From positions 128,001-192,000 of the forward strand of contig JBMFRB010000001.1 in NCBI GenBank assembly GCA_049968255.1: a DNA stretch of 64,000 nucleotides, read 5' to 3'. The translations under genes and the position numbers were made by a program. This document shows positions 49,375 through 59,424 of the stretch, piece by piece (position 1 is the stretch's first letter; each line of letters starts with the position of its first letter). Origin of the DNA: Candidatus Sumerlaeaceae bacterium (GTDB lineage: Bacteria > Sumerlaeota > Sumerlaeia > Sumerlaeales > Sumerlaeaceae). The notes beneath the pieces were generated by a model, which ran no database searches, was not told where the DNA came from, and saw nothing but the letters and a program-made list of their open reading frames with translations.

Positions 49375-50015
49375 TCCTATTAGGCAAAAGGGGGTGGTTT
49401 CTTGTGGGAGTGTGCCTAGCCTTTGCGTTCGTGCTGGCAAGCTGCAAAGTTGGCCCACCCAAAGGCGTGACAGCTTTTGTTATTGAGGACTCCACAGAGT
49501 TTGCCTCAGCGATGCTCCTTTATCCCAAATCCGAAGAGTACCGTCTACCGTTGAAGCTCAAATATGTGGACACGAACACCTTTCAAACAACCGCGAGTCT
49601 AGCGCCCGGACTTTACACCCTTGTGGTGCGAACAGAGATGGGACGCTACACGAAAATTCCTGTCGAAATTGAGAGCGGCAAACAACTCTATCACGTGAGT
49701 CTTGGCCCTTCGATCGCGGACGAGAGCAACGCAAGCGAAACCACAGGACAGCACAAGCTGCGCGGCAAACTCTACGTTAGCCAAGGGCAGATGCCCAGCG
49801 AGGTCGTGGCGATTTTTGCCGATCGTGACATCGTGGTGCGGCGGGCGAACGTTCAGAGTGATGGTCGTTTCGAGCTGGAGGCACCGCGCAACGGCGTATT
49901 CTGGATCGAGCTTTTTGCTTTTACATCGGACGGCAAGCAATGGAAATGGGAGAAACGCATAGACCTGAGCAAGAATCAGGAGGTGCCGTTAGTAGCCTTG
50001 CGCGCGCTCGAATAA
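49371..50015 (+). CDS. Putative lipoprotein with Ig/carboxypeptidase-regulatory-like domains
   Basis: Lipobox LAS-C; LAPGLYTL, DGRFEL beta-sandwich patterns. Confidence 0.65.
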   Translation: MILLGKRGWFLVGVCLAFAFVLASCKVGPPKGVTAFVIEDSTEFASAMLLYPKSEEYRLPLKLKYVDTNTFQTTASLAPGLYTLVVRTEMGRYTKIPVEIESGKQLYHVSLGPSIADESNASETTGQHKLRGKLYVSQGQMPSEVVAIFADRDIVVRRANVQSDGRFELEAPRNGVFWIELFAFTSDGKQWKWEKRIDLSKNQEVPLVALRALE

Positions 50016-50699
50016 AGGCGGTGCCGCCTCGACGTCACAAATCCGTCCGTCGGTGATGCGAACCACACGGCAAGGCAGCGCGTTAGCAAGTTCATACTGA
50101 TGCGTAACGACAAGTTGAGCCTGCCCCTGGCGAGCTAACTCGCCCATGAGTTTCCAAATTTCACGGGCTCGATCCACATCCAGCGATGAGGTCGGCTCAT
50201 CGTAAAGCAAATAAGCAGGCTCCATAGCAAGGGCCCGCGCAATAGCCACGCGCTGCTGCTCGCCACCAGAAAGTTTGCCCGGCCGCATATGGGCTTTTGT
50301 GGCAAGCCCAAGCTGCTCTAGGAGTGCCATGGCGCGTCTTTCTGCTTGTTCACGGGGTATCTTGCGCACATGGAGGGGAGCTAGCGTGAGATTCTGCATA
50401 ACAGTCAGATGCGGGAAGAGGTGGAATTGCTGAAAAAGTAGGCCGCAACGAAGGCGTATTTCATGAAAACGCTGCTCCCGCTCGATTGGCGGCAAATCGG
50501 CGGACACAACAATGCCGTCCACCTCGATTTCGCCAGCATCGAACCGTTCGAAACCGACGATACATCGCAGGAGGGTGGATTTGCCGCTTCCAGAAGGACC
50601 GAGCAGCACCACGGTCTCGCCCCGTACCACCTCAAGAGAGACTCCGTGAAGCACGCCATGAGCGCCGAACAACTTAGTGATGTTGCGCACCGAAATCAT
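49989..50699 (-). CDS. Polar amino-acid ABC transporter ATP-binding protein
   Basis: GPSGSGKSTLLRC, LSGGEQQRVAIARALAM, YDEPTS. Confidence 0.92.
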   Translation of the reverse strand: MISVRNITKLFGAHGVLHGVSLEVVRGETVVLLGPSGSGKSTLLRCIVGFERFDAGEIEVDGIVVSADLPPIEREQRFHEIRLRCGLLFQQFHLFPHLTVMQNLTLAPLHVRKIPREQAERRAMALLEQLGLATKAHMRPGKLSGGEQQRVAIARALAMEPAYLLYDEPTSSLDVDRAREIWKLMGELARQGQAQLVVTHQYELANALPCRVVRITDGRICDVEAAPPLFERAQGY

Positions 50700-51483
50700 G
50701 GTGAGGATGAACCTTCTTTTCTAAACGTCGCGCAAGAAGTGAAAGCGGATACGCCAAAGCGAAATAAATAAGGGCTGTCAAAATGGCAAACTCTACATAG
50801 CGGCCTGTAGCCATCGAGGCCGAACGGAACGTCATTGTGAGCTCGGCTATGGCCAGAATTGAAACGATGGACGTATCCTTGAAAAGCGCCACAAAATCGT
50901 TGGTCACAGGCGGAATAATGAGGCGGAGGGCCTGAGGAAGCACGATGTAACGCACTGCCTGACGTTGGGAGAGTCCCAGTGCCAGCGCAGCTTCGATTTG
51001 TTGACGTGGGACGGCCATGAACCCACTGCGATAGATCTCGGCTTCGTAAGCTGCGTAATTGAGCCCAACGCCCAGCACAGCCGCAGTAAACGGATCGAGT
51101 TCTACGCCGACAACAGGTAGCTGGGGTAGGCCATAATAGATGAAGAAAAGCTGGATGAGCAGTGGAGTTCCCCGCATGAATTCCACGTAGCCCACCACGC
51201 AGGCCGAAATCCAACGTGGACCGTAAATGCGGAGCAGGGCAAGGAGGAGCCCAAGACCCGTGGCAAGTGCCATCGAAAGCACACTGATGGCCACAGTGAG
51301 CCCCGTGCCCTTCACAAAAAGTGGTAGAAAACGCATCAAAAGTTTGCTGGTGGGCACACCGAGGGCTTGGGCAGCCTCAGCAGAGAAAACGGGACACGGC
51401 AAAGCCAGCTCAGCAAGACCAAGAGCACATATCGCAATAATGTGAGGGCGGGATTGGCACGGACGCGCGTCTCGACTTCTCAC
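50674..51483 (-). CDS. Polar amino-acid ABC transporter permease
   Basis: RGTPLLIQLF, AAYEAE..R.G, EAALALG, LPQALR, KDTS. Confidence 0.92.
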   Translation of the reverse strand: MRSRDARPCQSRPHIIAICALGLAELALPCPVFSAEAAQALGVPTSKLLMRFLPLFVKGTGLTVAISVLSMALATGLGLLLALLRIYGPRWISACVVGYVEFMRGTPLLIQLFFIYYGLPQLPVVGVELDPFTAAVLGVGLNYAAYEAEIYRSGFMAVPRQQIEAALALGLSQRQAVRYIVLPQALRLIIPPVTNDFVALFKDTSIVSILAIAELTMTFRSASMATGRYVEFAILTALIYFALAYPLSLLARRLEKKVHPHHDFGAQHH

Positions 51484-52304
51484 TCGTCGCGGCTCACCCT
51501 CTTGCCCAGAGATGTTTGCGCATCGTTCCAAAGCTCCCATTTTTCCAGGATGCGGCGAAGTGTGCCGTCGCGGATCATCTCGTCAAGCACCCGCTGAAGT
51601 GCGTCACGCAATTTGGGGGACTTCTTATTCACGGCGATTCCATAATAACCTTCGCCAAAAGGTGGTCCGGCGAAGTGGAGCTTGGGATTTGGCTTCGCGT
51701 AATAAAGAGCGATGGGTAGATCGAGCAGCACGCCATCAATACGCCCAATGGCCAAATCGTCATAGGGCCGCACATTGTCATCGTAGCTGACAACCACGAT
51801 ACCCGGCGTGGCCTGCAAAATTCGCTCTGCAGCGGTATTATTGAGTGTTCCTACTTTTTTGCCAACAAGGTCGTGGAGCGACGAAGTTTTTGTGTCATCC
51901 GCACGCACAACTAACTGCTGAAGATACACATAGTAGGGGCCCACAAAATCCACGACCTGCTTGCGCTCGGGGGTCATTTCAATTCCCGACATGGCAAAAT
52001 CAAAATCACCGCGTTGAAGAGCCGGGATCAGGACAGCCCAGTCCGTTTGCACAAACTCAATCTTCAGGCCCATGCGACGACCGAGTTCTTCCGCGATGTC
52101 CACCTCGAAACCGATTCGTTGCGAGGGATTATTCGGATCTCGAAATTCATACGGTGCGCCGCCGGCCTCATCGCTTCCCCAGCGCAGTACGCCGGAAGCC
52201 TGAATCTCGTCAAGATCCAACACCTTTGCTTTGTGGCCGCAGGAGGCCAAGCAAACCGAAAGCACGATGAGTATGCTCCCAAGAGCCCAGCGCACTTGTT
52301 TCAT
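51480..52304 (-). CDS. Polar amino-acid ABC transporter substrate-binding lipoprotein
   Basis: LAS-C lipobox; APYE, GFEVDIA, LQRGDFD, TPER. Confidence 0.9.
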   Translation of the reverse strand: MKQVRWALGSILIVLSVCLASCGHKAKVLDLDEIQASGVLRWGSDEAGGAPYEFRDPNNPSQRIGFEVDIAEELGRRMGLKIEFVQTDWAVLIPALQRGDFDFAMSGIEMTPERKQVVDFVGPYYVYLQQLVVRADDTKTSSLHDLVGKKVGTLNNTAAERILQATPGIVVVSYDDNVRPYDDLAIGRIDGVLLDLPIALYYAKPNPKLHFAGPPFGEGYYGIAVNKKSPKLRDALQRVLDEMIRDGTLRRILEKWELWNDAQTSLGKRVSRDE

Positions 52305-52380
52305 AGTTATCATCAAAGGCGCTTCCCGAAGGGCCATTGTCAAAAACTATCTGTTTTTCTGTGCTCCAGGAGCAGCCTGC

Positions 52381-55300
52381 TTAAGAGGTCCGTGCCAGTG
52401 CCTGCCGATCTTCTTTGTGCGAATAAAGGACCCAGTAGACTACGGGAACTACCACGAGCGTAAAGGCCGTTGAAACAAAAAGCCCAAAGATCAACGACCA
52501 GGCTAGTCCGCTGAAGATGGGGTCAAGGGTGATGGGCCACGCGCCTAACATTGCAGCACCCGCCGTGAGGAAAATTGGGCGAATGCGGACCGCCACGCTG
52601 TCCACAATGGCACGCCACAAGGGATCGCCCGCATGCGTGCGCAGGTGGATAAAGTCGATAAGGATAATCGAATTGCGCACGACAATTCCCGAGAGAGCAA
52701 TCATACCGATCATCGCTGTAGCCGTGAAGAACACAGGGTTTTGGAATCCCCCGACGGGCCGCGCCGTTATGAGATTCAGTAGCCAGAAGCCAGGCATGAT
52801 TCCGATCACTGTTAAGGGAATTGATAACATGATAACAATGGGCAGGAGATAAGACCCTGTGTCGTAGACGAGGAGAATGTAAATACCGAAGAGTGCTGCA
52901 GCGAAAGCCAAGCCAAGGTCACGGAACACATCCACGGTGATTTTCCATTCTCCTTCCCCAGTCCAAACAACGTGTGTGCCTTCGCGCGTGGGCTTGTGAC
53001 GGATATCGGATTGTGTTTCGAGGATTACCTCGCCTGGCGCTCGTCCCGCTGTTTCGGCAAAAACATACACCACGCGGTTGAGGTTTTTGTGGTAGATTGA
53101 CTGATCCTCGGTAACCGGCTTGAACTTTCCGATTTCGCCGAGCTGGACGAGGTTACCTTTCATTCCGCGCACGTAAACTGATGCGAGACGTTCCACGGAA
53201 CTTCGGTCAGCGCGCGACAGGCGCAGTGTAATATAGAGCGGGTTGACCTCGTAAGGTGAGTGAAGAATGTCGGGACGTGCGCCGTTGATGAATGTTGCCA
53301 AGGTGCTGGCAATCTCTGCCACACCAACTCCGCTAAGGGCAGCTTTTTCACGATCTACCTCGAAGACGTATTTGGGCTGCACGGCCTCGATTGTGGAGTC
53401 TGGTTCGACGACGGCTTCTTTGCTTGCTAGCCGCTGCCGGACGTCTTCAGCTGCCTCTTGGATCGCCGAATAAGGGAGATTGGGCTCGCCGTAGACCTCG
53501 GCCGTAATTGTTGCAGTGACTGGCGGCCCTGGGGGAACTTCGACGAGCTTAGCGATGGCACCATTGGCTCGCGCGATTTCTTCGATGCGTCGGCGCAAGC
53601 GCAACAGGATGGCGTGGCTTTGCATCTCACGTTTTTTCTTGGGAGCAAAGTTGACACGGATGTCCGCATAGTGCGGCGCTGTGCGGAAGTAGTATTGACG
53701 GATGAGCCCGTTGAAGTCCACGGGCGAGGGTTCGCCTACATACGTGGTGACGTTGACAACCTCGGGGACGGTGGAAAGATAGCGAGCGATCGCATCAGCC
53801 GCAGCAGCCGTGCGCTCGAGCGGCGTTCCCTCCGGCATGTCAATCACCACCTGAAACTCGTTCTTATTGTCAAAGGGAAGCATCTTGAGCGGTACGCGTT
53901 TTGTAAGCACAAGAAGCCCGCTGAAGACCATAAGTAGGAGAATCACGAAAAGCAAGAACCAGCGCAGCAGGGGGTGGCGAAGGAAGGGAACTAGCCCCGC
54001 GTGAGCTATCCGCCGCATGACGGCAATCAAGCGGTCTGCCTCTTCACCCGCGTGAGCCCCTCCGTGCCCACCATGAACTTCGCCTTCACTGTCGACGTGG
54101 CCTTTTAAAATGTGGTAACTCATCCAGGGGGTCACTGTAAGGGCTACCACCAGTGACATAAGCATGGCCAGCGGGACATTGACGGCCATAGGGCGCATAT
54201 AGGGACCCATCATTCCGGTGATGAAGAACATCGGCAGGAAAGACACGATCACCGCAAAGGTGGCAAGGATCACGGGGGGACGCACCTCGTTGACAGCCTC
54301 TAGGACTGCATCGAGCGGTGGCTTCAAACGCATCTTGAGGTGCCGGTAGATATTTTCCACATCCACAATTGGATCGTCCACAATGAGCCCGAGAGCAAGG
54401 ATGAGGGCGAAAAGGGTGACGCGGTTGATTGTATAGCCGAAAAGATAGTTGATAAGAAGCGTGAGGGAATAGACGATCGGTATGGCCACGGCAACAATGA
54501 AGGCTTCGCGCCAGCCGAGTGTGAGAGCCAAAAGGGCCACGACGGTGACTATTGCAAGGAGAAGTCCGTCCACTAGCTCATTCACCTTGTCGTTGGCAGT
54601 TTCGCCGTAGTCGCGGGTGATGACCACGTTGACGTTTTGCGGAATGACTGTGCCGCGCATTTCCTCGACAGCTCGCTCGACAGCACGTGCGACCCACACG
54701 GCATTTGTTCCTTTTTTCTTCGCCACAGCGAGCGTGACCGCAGGGAAATCACCCGCACACACAACCGACTGACTAGTGGGTGCGTCGAAAATAGCGCGGC
54801 GTTCCCCGCTGATTCGGCTGAAGTGGGCCGCAGGGCCGAAACGTATACGGCAATATGAGCGTGGTTCGTCGGGACCGTCGGAAATCATTGCGACGTCGGA
54901 GAGATAAACAGGACGGTTGTCCACAACTCCAACGACAAGATGCTGAAGCTCTCGGATGTCGCGGAGGAACTCCCCTGCTGTGACCAAGTATTGCTGGTTA
55001 TCGTGCGCGAACGATCCTGCCTGCAAACTGGCGTTCATCGCCCTCAACGCACGCTGGATGTCGGAAACGGCCAGATTGTAGGCCGCCATTTTGCCGGGAT
55101 CGAGCTGAACAAGGGCCGTACGTGGCTGTCCACCCACGATGTAGGTGCGACCTGTATTAGGCACAGCCTGGACGCGCGATTCCACCTCTTCGGCGATGCG
55201 GCGCAGCGCGTATTCGTCGAGTTGGCAACTTGCAAAGGTGAGATTGATAATTGGGACATCGTCCACTTCGACGGGTTTCACAACCCAGCCGGCAACGATC

Positions 55301-55689
55301 GGCGGCACGAGGTCTTGATTGGAATAGACCTTGTTGTAGAGCTTTATGAGACTGCGTTCTCGGTCCTCTCCAACGTAGAAGCGCGCCGTCACGACGGCCA
55401 GGCCAGGCTTGGAAACCGAATAGACGTATTCGACGCCGTCCACCTGATAGAGAAGTTTTTCCAGTCGGGTGGCCACCTGCTTTTCAACTTCTTCAACGGA
55501 AGCACCTGGCACCTGCACGATCACATCAGCCACAGGCACGACGATTTGCGGCTCCTCTTCGCGCGGTGTAACGAGCAGAGCAATTACCCCCACGGCCAGA
55601 GAGAGGATAATCAGAAGGATCGAAAGGTTGCCGCGGAGGAAAACGGAAACGATTCGCTGTGTGAGGGGAACCGAACTCTGCTTCTCCAT
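52381..55689 (-). CDS. RND efflux permease (AcrB/CusA superfamily)
   Basis: PREEEPQI, GLIVDDPIVDVEN, GIVVRNSIIL, RIRPIFLTA. Confidence 0.92.
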   Translation of the reverse strand: MEKQSSVPLTQRIVSVFLRGNLSILLIILSLAVGVIALLVTPREEEPQIVVPVADVIVQVPGASVEEVEKQVATRLEKLLYQVDGVEYVYSVSKPGLAVVTARFYVGEDRERSLIKLYNKVYSNQDLVPPIVAGWVVKPVEVDDVPIINLTFASCQLDEYALRRIAEEVESRVQAVPNTGRTYIVGGQPRTALVQLDPGKMAAYNLAVSDIQRALRAMNASLQAGSFAHDNQQYLVTAGEFLRDIRELQHLVVGVVDNRPVYLSDVAMISDGPDEPRSYCRIRFGPAAHFSRISGERRAIFDAPTSQSVVCAGDFPAVTLAVAKKKGTNAVWVARAVERAVEEMRGTVIPQNVNVVITRDYGETANDKVNELVDGLLLAIVTVVALLALTLGWREAFIVAVAIPIVYSLTLLINYLFGYTINRVTLFALILALGLIVDDPIVDVENIYRHLKMRLKPPLDAVLEAVNEVRPPVILATFAVIVSFLPMFFITGMMGPYMRPMAVNVPLAMLMSLVVALTVTPWMSYHILKGHVDSEGEVHGGHGGAHAGEEADRLIAVMRRIAHAGLVPFLRHPLLRWFLLFVILLLMVFSGLLVLTKRVPLKMLPFDNKNEFQVVIDMPEGTPLERTAAAADAIARYLSTVPEVVNVTTYVGEPSPVDFNGLIRQYYFRTAPHYADIRVNFAPKKKREMQSHAILLRLRRRIEEIARANGAIAKLVEVPPGPPVTATITAEVYGEPNLPYSAIQEAAEDVRQRLASKEAVVEPDSTIEAVQPKYVFEVDREKAALSGVGVAEIASTLATFINGARPDILHSPYEVNPLYITLRLSRADRSSVERLASVYVRGMKGNLVQLGEIGKFKPVTEDQSIYHKNLNRVVYVFAETAGRAPGEVILETQSDIRHKPTREGTHVVWTGEGEWKITVDVFRDLGLAFAAALFGIYILLVYDTGSYLLPIVIMLSIPLTVIGIMPGFWLLNLITARPVGGFQNPVFFTATAMIGMIALSGIVVRNSIILIDFIHLRTHAGDPLWRAIVDSVAVRIRPIFLTAGAAMLGAWPITLDPIFSGLAWSLIFGLFVSTAFTLVVVPVVYWVLYSHKEDRQALARTS

Positions 55690-56759
55690 TAGTGGCGCAC
55701 TCCAGCTGACGTTTTCTCAGGTACTAAAACGGGCTCGTTTTCGGCAATGCCGCTGAGGATTTCGACTTTCGCGCCGAAGCGTCGCCCAGTTTGCACGAAA
55801 CGTCGCTCCGGACCATGCGATGTGGGAGTGAGCACATATTCAAGTTGCCCCACACGCTCGACAGCGTCGGCCGGCACGACGAGGACATCCTCTTCTCCTG
55901 TGGGAATGAGAACGCGGCCAAACATGCCAGTGTAGAGATCGGTGGCATTTGGAACAAGCACTTTCACTAGGACGGACCGACTTGCAATGTCGGCCTGGGG
56001 GACAATTTCGTCCACAATTCCTGTTGTACCCCGCTCTTCCGTCCCAAGTCTCACCGTGAGAACGTCGCCAACCTTGATAAAGCGCACGAGAGCTTCACGC
56101 ACGGGGGCTTCGAGTCGCACCAAAGAGGGATCGTAGAGCTGAAGAATGGGTCGCCCTGGCATGGCAAGATCCCCGGCATTTTGCAATTTGTCTGTTACAA
56201 TTCCTGACACCGGCGAATGGATTTCAGCGTAAGAAAGGGCAACCTTCGCCTGTTCGAGAGCGCGACGGGCCTGGCCGACCGTGGCCGAAGTGACCTCCAC
56301 GCGCAGGCGGGAATTGTCCGCTTCCTGGGGCGAGATCACGCCGCGTTGGAGAAGTTCCATGTTGCGCTGATGGTCGGTGAGCGCCTGGCGATAGTTGGCT
56401 TCAGCGGCCTTGAGTGCTTGTTCGGCCTGGCCAACATTGGCTTCGAGATCGCGTCTGTCGAGGCGCACAAGAAGATCGCCTTGCTTGACGCGATCACCGG
56501 CATTCACGCGAATCTCTTCGATCACTGCCTGAATGCGTGGTGTCACATCCACCTTGTGGCGAGACTGGATAGTGCCGACGGCTTCTTCCATCATGGGGAC
56601 TTTGATTTTCACTGCTCGGTCGACATTGCCTGGGAGCTCGGGTGTTCTCGGAAGCGGCGGTGTCTCGGCCGCAATCTTTGATTCAAAACCGCCGGTTTGC
56701 CATGTAATGAGAAGGGCAATGACGGCAATGGAAGCAAGGGCTGCAAGTATGCGTTTCAT
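55689..56759 (-). CDS. RND periplasmic adaptor (membrane fusion protein)
   Basis: VNAGDRVKQGDLL lipoyl half, coiled coil, IHSPVSGIV, VEILSG. Confidence 0.9.
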   Translation of the reverse strand: MKRILAALASIAVIALLITWQTGGFESKIAAETPPLPRTPELPGNVDRAVKIKVPMMEEAVGTIQSRHKVDVTPRIQAVIEEIRVNAGDRVKQGDLLVRLDRRDLEANVGQAEQALKAAEANYRQALTDHQRNMELLQRGVISPQEADNSRLRVEVTSATVGQARRALEQAKVALSYAEIHSPVSGIVTDKLQNAGDLAMPGRPILQLYDPSLVRLEAPVREALVRFIKVGDVLTVRLGTEERGTTGIVDEIVPQADIASRSVLVKVLVPNATDLYTGMFGRVLIPTGEEDVLVVPADAVERVGQLEYVLTPTSHGPERRFVQTGRRFGAKVEILSGIAENEPVLVPEKTSAGVRH

Positions 56760-56858
56760 AGAAGCACTCTCTTGTGCAGTCGTGTGCATGAAGTAGACGA
56801 CTACTTTTTGTACCACTAACAGCCTTTTTCTTCTTCGCATTCATCGCGCTGGAGGGCA

Positions 56859-56890
56859 CAAAAAATCGGGCGGAAAAATTTTTCCGCCCG
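56859..56890 (-). terminator. Rho-independent terminator of 56949-57491
   Basis: CGGGCGGAAAA / TTTTCCGCCCG hairpin followed by a T tract on the minus strand. Confidence 0.75.
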
Positions 56891-56948
56891 TTGCGACTGC
56901 TTTTACGGAATTGTTGTGTCCGTGTGTACTACGGTAGCTTCGCGGGAA

Positions 56949-57491
56949 TTAGTCCCACGGATTGGGACCGAGGTCATCGCCCTGCAGGTCAATCATGAGG
57001 AAGCCGACGATGAAGTCAGCAGCCTCAGCGACCGACACTGCAGCCTGGGCGCCAACCACGCCAACATGAACGTCCGCACCGATTTCGGTGGGATCACGCT
57101 GCAGGCATCCGTTGACGAACCCGAGGAAGGCTACGCCAGCTTCGTCAATGTTCTCCTCGTAAATCGGGAGAATACGACCCTTCATACCAAAGCGGGTCGA
57201 CTCGTAATTGCCGAGGCCAACCTCAGCAAGCTCGGTCAGGCGTACGTTGATGCCATAGCCCACACCCACGCCGACGCTCAGGCGGAAGATATCGACAAAG
57301 TCGAGAACACGGTTCGGCACATAATAGAGAATCATGTGCAGAACGTCGCCCTTCTGCGAAGCAGGCTTCTGGACCGCAGGGGCGCAGGGCTTTGCCGGCA
57401 TCTCACCACCGGCCATCGAAGGCAGCGGGCACAGAGACAGAGCAGCCGCAGCAGCTACCGACGCGAACAGTTTCGCTGTCGTCGAAAACAT
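56949..57491 (-). CDS. Secreted hypothetical protein (Gly-rich beta strands)
   Basis: Signal-peptide-like N-terminus; NRVLDFVDIF...EAADFIVGF..DL..DD; own terminator. Confidence 0.65.
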   Translation of the reverse strand: MFSTTAKLFASVAAAAALSLCPLPSMAGGEMPAKPCAPAVQKPASQKGDVLHMILYYVPNRVLDFVDIFRLSVGVGVGYGINVRLTELAEVGLGNYESTRFGMKGRILPIYEENIDEAGVAFLGFVNGCLQRDPTEIGADVHVGVVGAQAAVSVAEAADFIVGFLMIDLQGDDLGPNPWD

Positions 57492-57692
57492 ACCACAATC
57501 TCCTTTCCTCTTTTAGATTCGTTTTGCGAATCTACTCGACCATAAATTACAACAGGGGGGTCCACTTCAACAAAAAAAACATGGAAAATGTGATTTTTTT
57601 TGAGGGCCGTAACTGTAGGTTGTTTGCGGTAGCCTTTGTGGCACATTTCGCTTGCCACAAGCTGATCTCTTGCGTCTGCAGACCAAAGCAAT

Positions 57693-59186
57693 TTGGCAAT
57701 GATCTTCTCGAAACCAGAGCCAGAGTGGCGCCAGCGATTCTCCGCTATGCAAGCGCAGCGCTTGCTTGTGGTGGGTGATCTGATTCTGGATCATTATGTG
57801 TACGGCCGTACGGAACGTACATCGCCAGAAGCGCCCGTGCCGATTGTGGTTTTTGAGCGCGAGCATGCTGTGGCTGGCGGCGGAGCCAATGTGGCACGCA
57901 ATATTGCAGAATTTGGGGCGCAAGCCGTCTGTGCCGGAATAATTGGTTCGGATGCGGCGGGCAAACAATTGCGCCAATTGTTGGAGCATGCGCACATTGA
58001 TTGTTCTGGAGTCATCGAGATTGTGGAGCGTCCGACCACAGTCAAGACACGTATCGTCAGCCAGAATCAGCAAATGCTGCGGTTGGACAAGGAATGCGTT
58101 GCCCCGCTTGAGGCGGTGCACGAGCAGACACTGCTCGAGCGGATTGCAGGCACGCTCTCGCAATGTGCGGCTATTATCCTCTCGGACTACGCGAAAGGCG
58201 TCCTGACTCCGCGGGTCCTGCGCGAAACAATCGCTCTAGCCCGCCAGCACGGAGTTCCCGTTTTCGTTGATCCTAAAGGACGCAATTACTCGCGCTACCG
58301 CGGTGCGTTTGCGATCACCCCGAACGCACGGGAGGCGACTGAAGCTTCCGGGCATGACACCTCCACGGAGCAGGGAATTGCCGCAGCAGCAGAAAAACTG
58401 TGGGAGATGACGCAAAGCAATTGGATCGTCATCACGCGGGGAGCACTGGGCGTGGCACTTTGCGCTCGCGACCAGACGCCGTTGATGATCCCAACGCTGG
58501 CCCGAGAAGTTTTTGACGTTACCGGTGCCGGCGACACCTTTATCGCTTTCCTTGCGCTCGCGGTCGGAGCCGGCTTTGACATGGCAGAAGCATGCGCCCT
58601 GGCAAATGCTGCCGCCGGTGTGGTTGTGGCCAAGGTGGGCGCAGCAACAGTGCGCCCAGAGGAACTTCTGGCGCTTCTCACGCCGAGTTCGGTGAATCGA
58701 AAACTGGTGGCCCAAAGAGATATTGCGGAGCTGGGCGAACGGTTGCGGCACGCAGGGAAACGTGTGGTGTTTACGAACGGGTGTTTTGATTTCTTGCATG
58801 CAGGGCATGTGGCGTTGCTGCACGAGGCAAAACGGCTTGGTGACGTTTTAGTGGTGGCGATCAATACCGATGAAGCTATCACGCGCTTGAAGGGTGCCCC
58901 TCGTCCTATTCTCAAACAGGGAGACCGTGAGCGGCTCCTTTCGGCTATCGAGGCTGTCGATTATATCGTCGTTTTTGAGGAGGACACGCCGCATGAGCTT
59001 CTGCGGGCGCTGAGGCCTGACGTGCTCGTGAAAGGCCGCAATTACGAGCGGCAGCAGGTAGAGGGGCACGAAATCGTCGAGGGCTATGGGGGGCAAGTTG
59101 TGCTGCTCGACACGCTCGAGGCGATCTCGACCCGTGAACTCATCGAGCGCCACCGGGAAGCAGGCCAAAATCCGCCATTTCGCTGA
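57693..59186 (+). CDS. hldE: Bifunctional heptose-7-phosphate kinase / heptose-1-phosphate adenylyltransferase
   Basis: VGDLILDHY..SPEAPVP, GGGANVA, SDYAKG, DVTGAGDT, FTNGCFDFLHAGH. Confidence 0.93.
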   Translation: MAMIFSKPEPEWRQRFSAMQAQRLLVVGDLILDHYVYGRTERTSPEAPVPIVVFEREHAVAGGGANVARNIAEFGAQAVCAGIIGSDAAGKQLRQLLEHAHIDCSGVIEIVERPTTVKTRIVSQNQQMLRLDKECVAPLEAVHEQTLLERIAGTLSQCAAIILSDYAKGVLTPRVLRETIALARQHGVPVFVDPKGRNYSRYRGAFAITPNAREATEASGHDTSTEQGIAAAAEKLWEMTQSNWIVITRGALGVALCARDQTPLMIPTLAREVFDVTGAGDTFIAFLALAVGAGFDMAEACALANAAAGVVVAKVGAATVRPEELLALLTPSSVNRKLVAQRDIAELGERLRHAGKRVVFTNGCFDFLHAGHVALLHEAKRLGDVLVVAINTDEAITRLKGAPRPILKQGDRERLLSAIEAVDYIVVFEEDTPHELLRALRPDVLVKGRNYERQQVEGHEIVEGYGGQVVLLDTLEAISTRELIERHREAGQNPPFR

Positions 59187-59424
59187 GTAGGCCCGATTGC
59201 CCCTCGTGTGCGAGGGACGCGCGCGGCGAGGCCTCGGGAGTGGAAAGGTGGAGCCGTTTTCTCCCGCTGCCAGAGAGCTAAGCCAGCGCATAGGTGCCTT
59301 CGGGCGTCAGCCGATGACCTGCGCTCTGAGCTTCAAAATTCTCGGCCACCAATAAAGCGGCCCGCTGAACCGCCTTTTGACAGCTCAGCGGGCTATCCCC
59401 TCTCTTACGACTGGTGCAGCTGCT

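Noticed and set aside
57640-57660. Sigma-54 promoter TGGCAC...TTGC upstream of hldE
   Set aside because: Spacing is 7 nt instead of the required 5 nt
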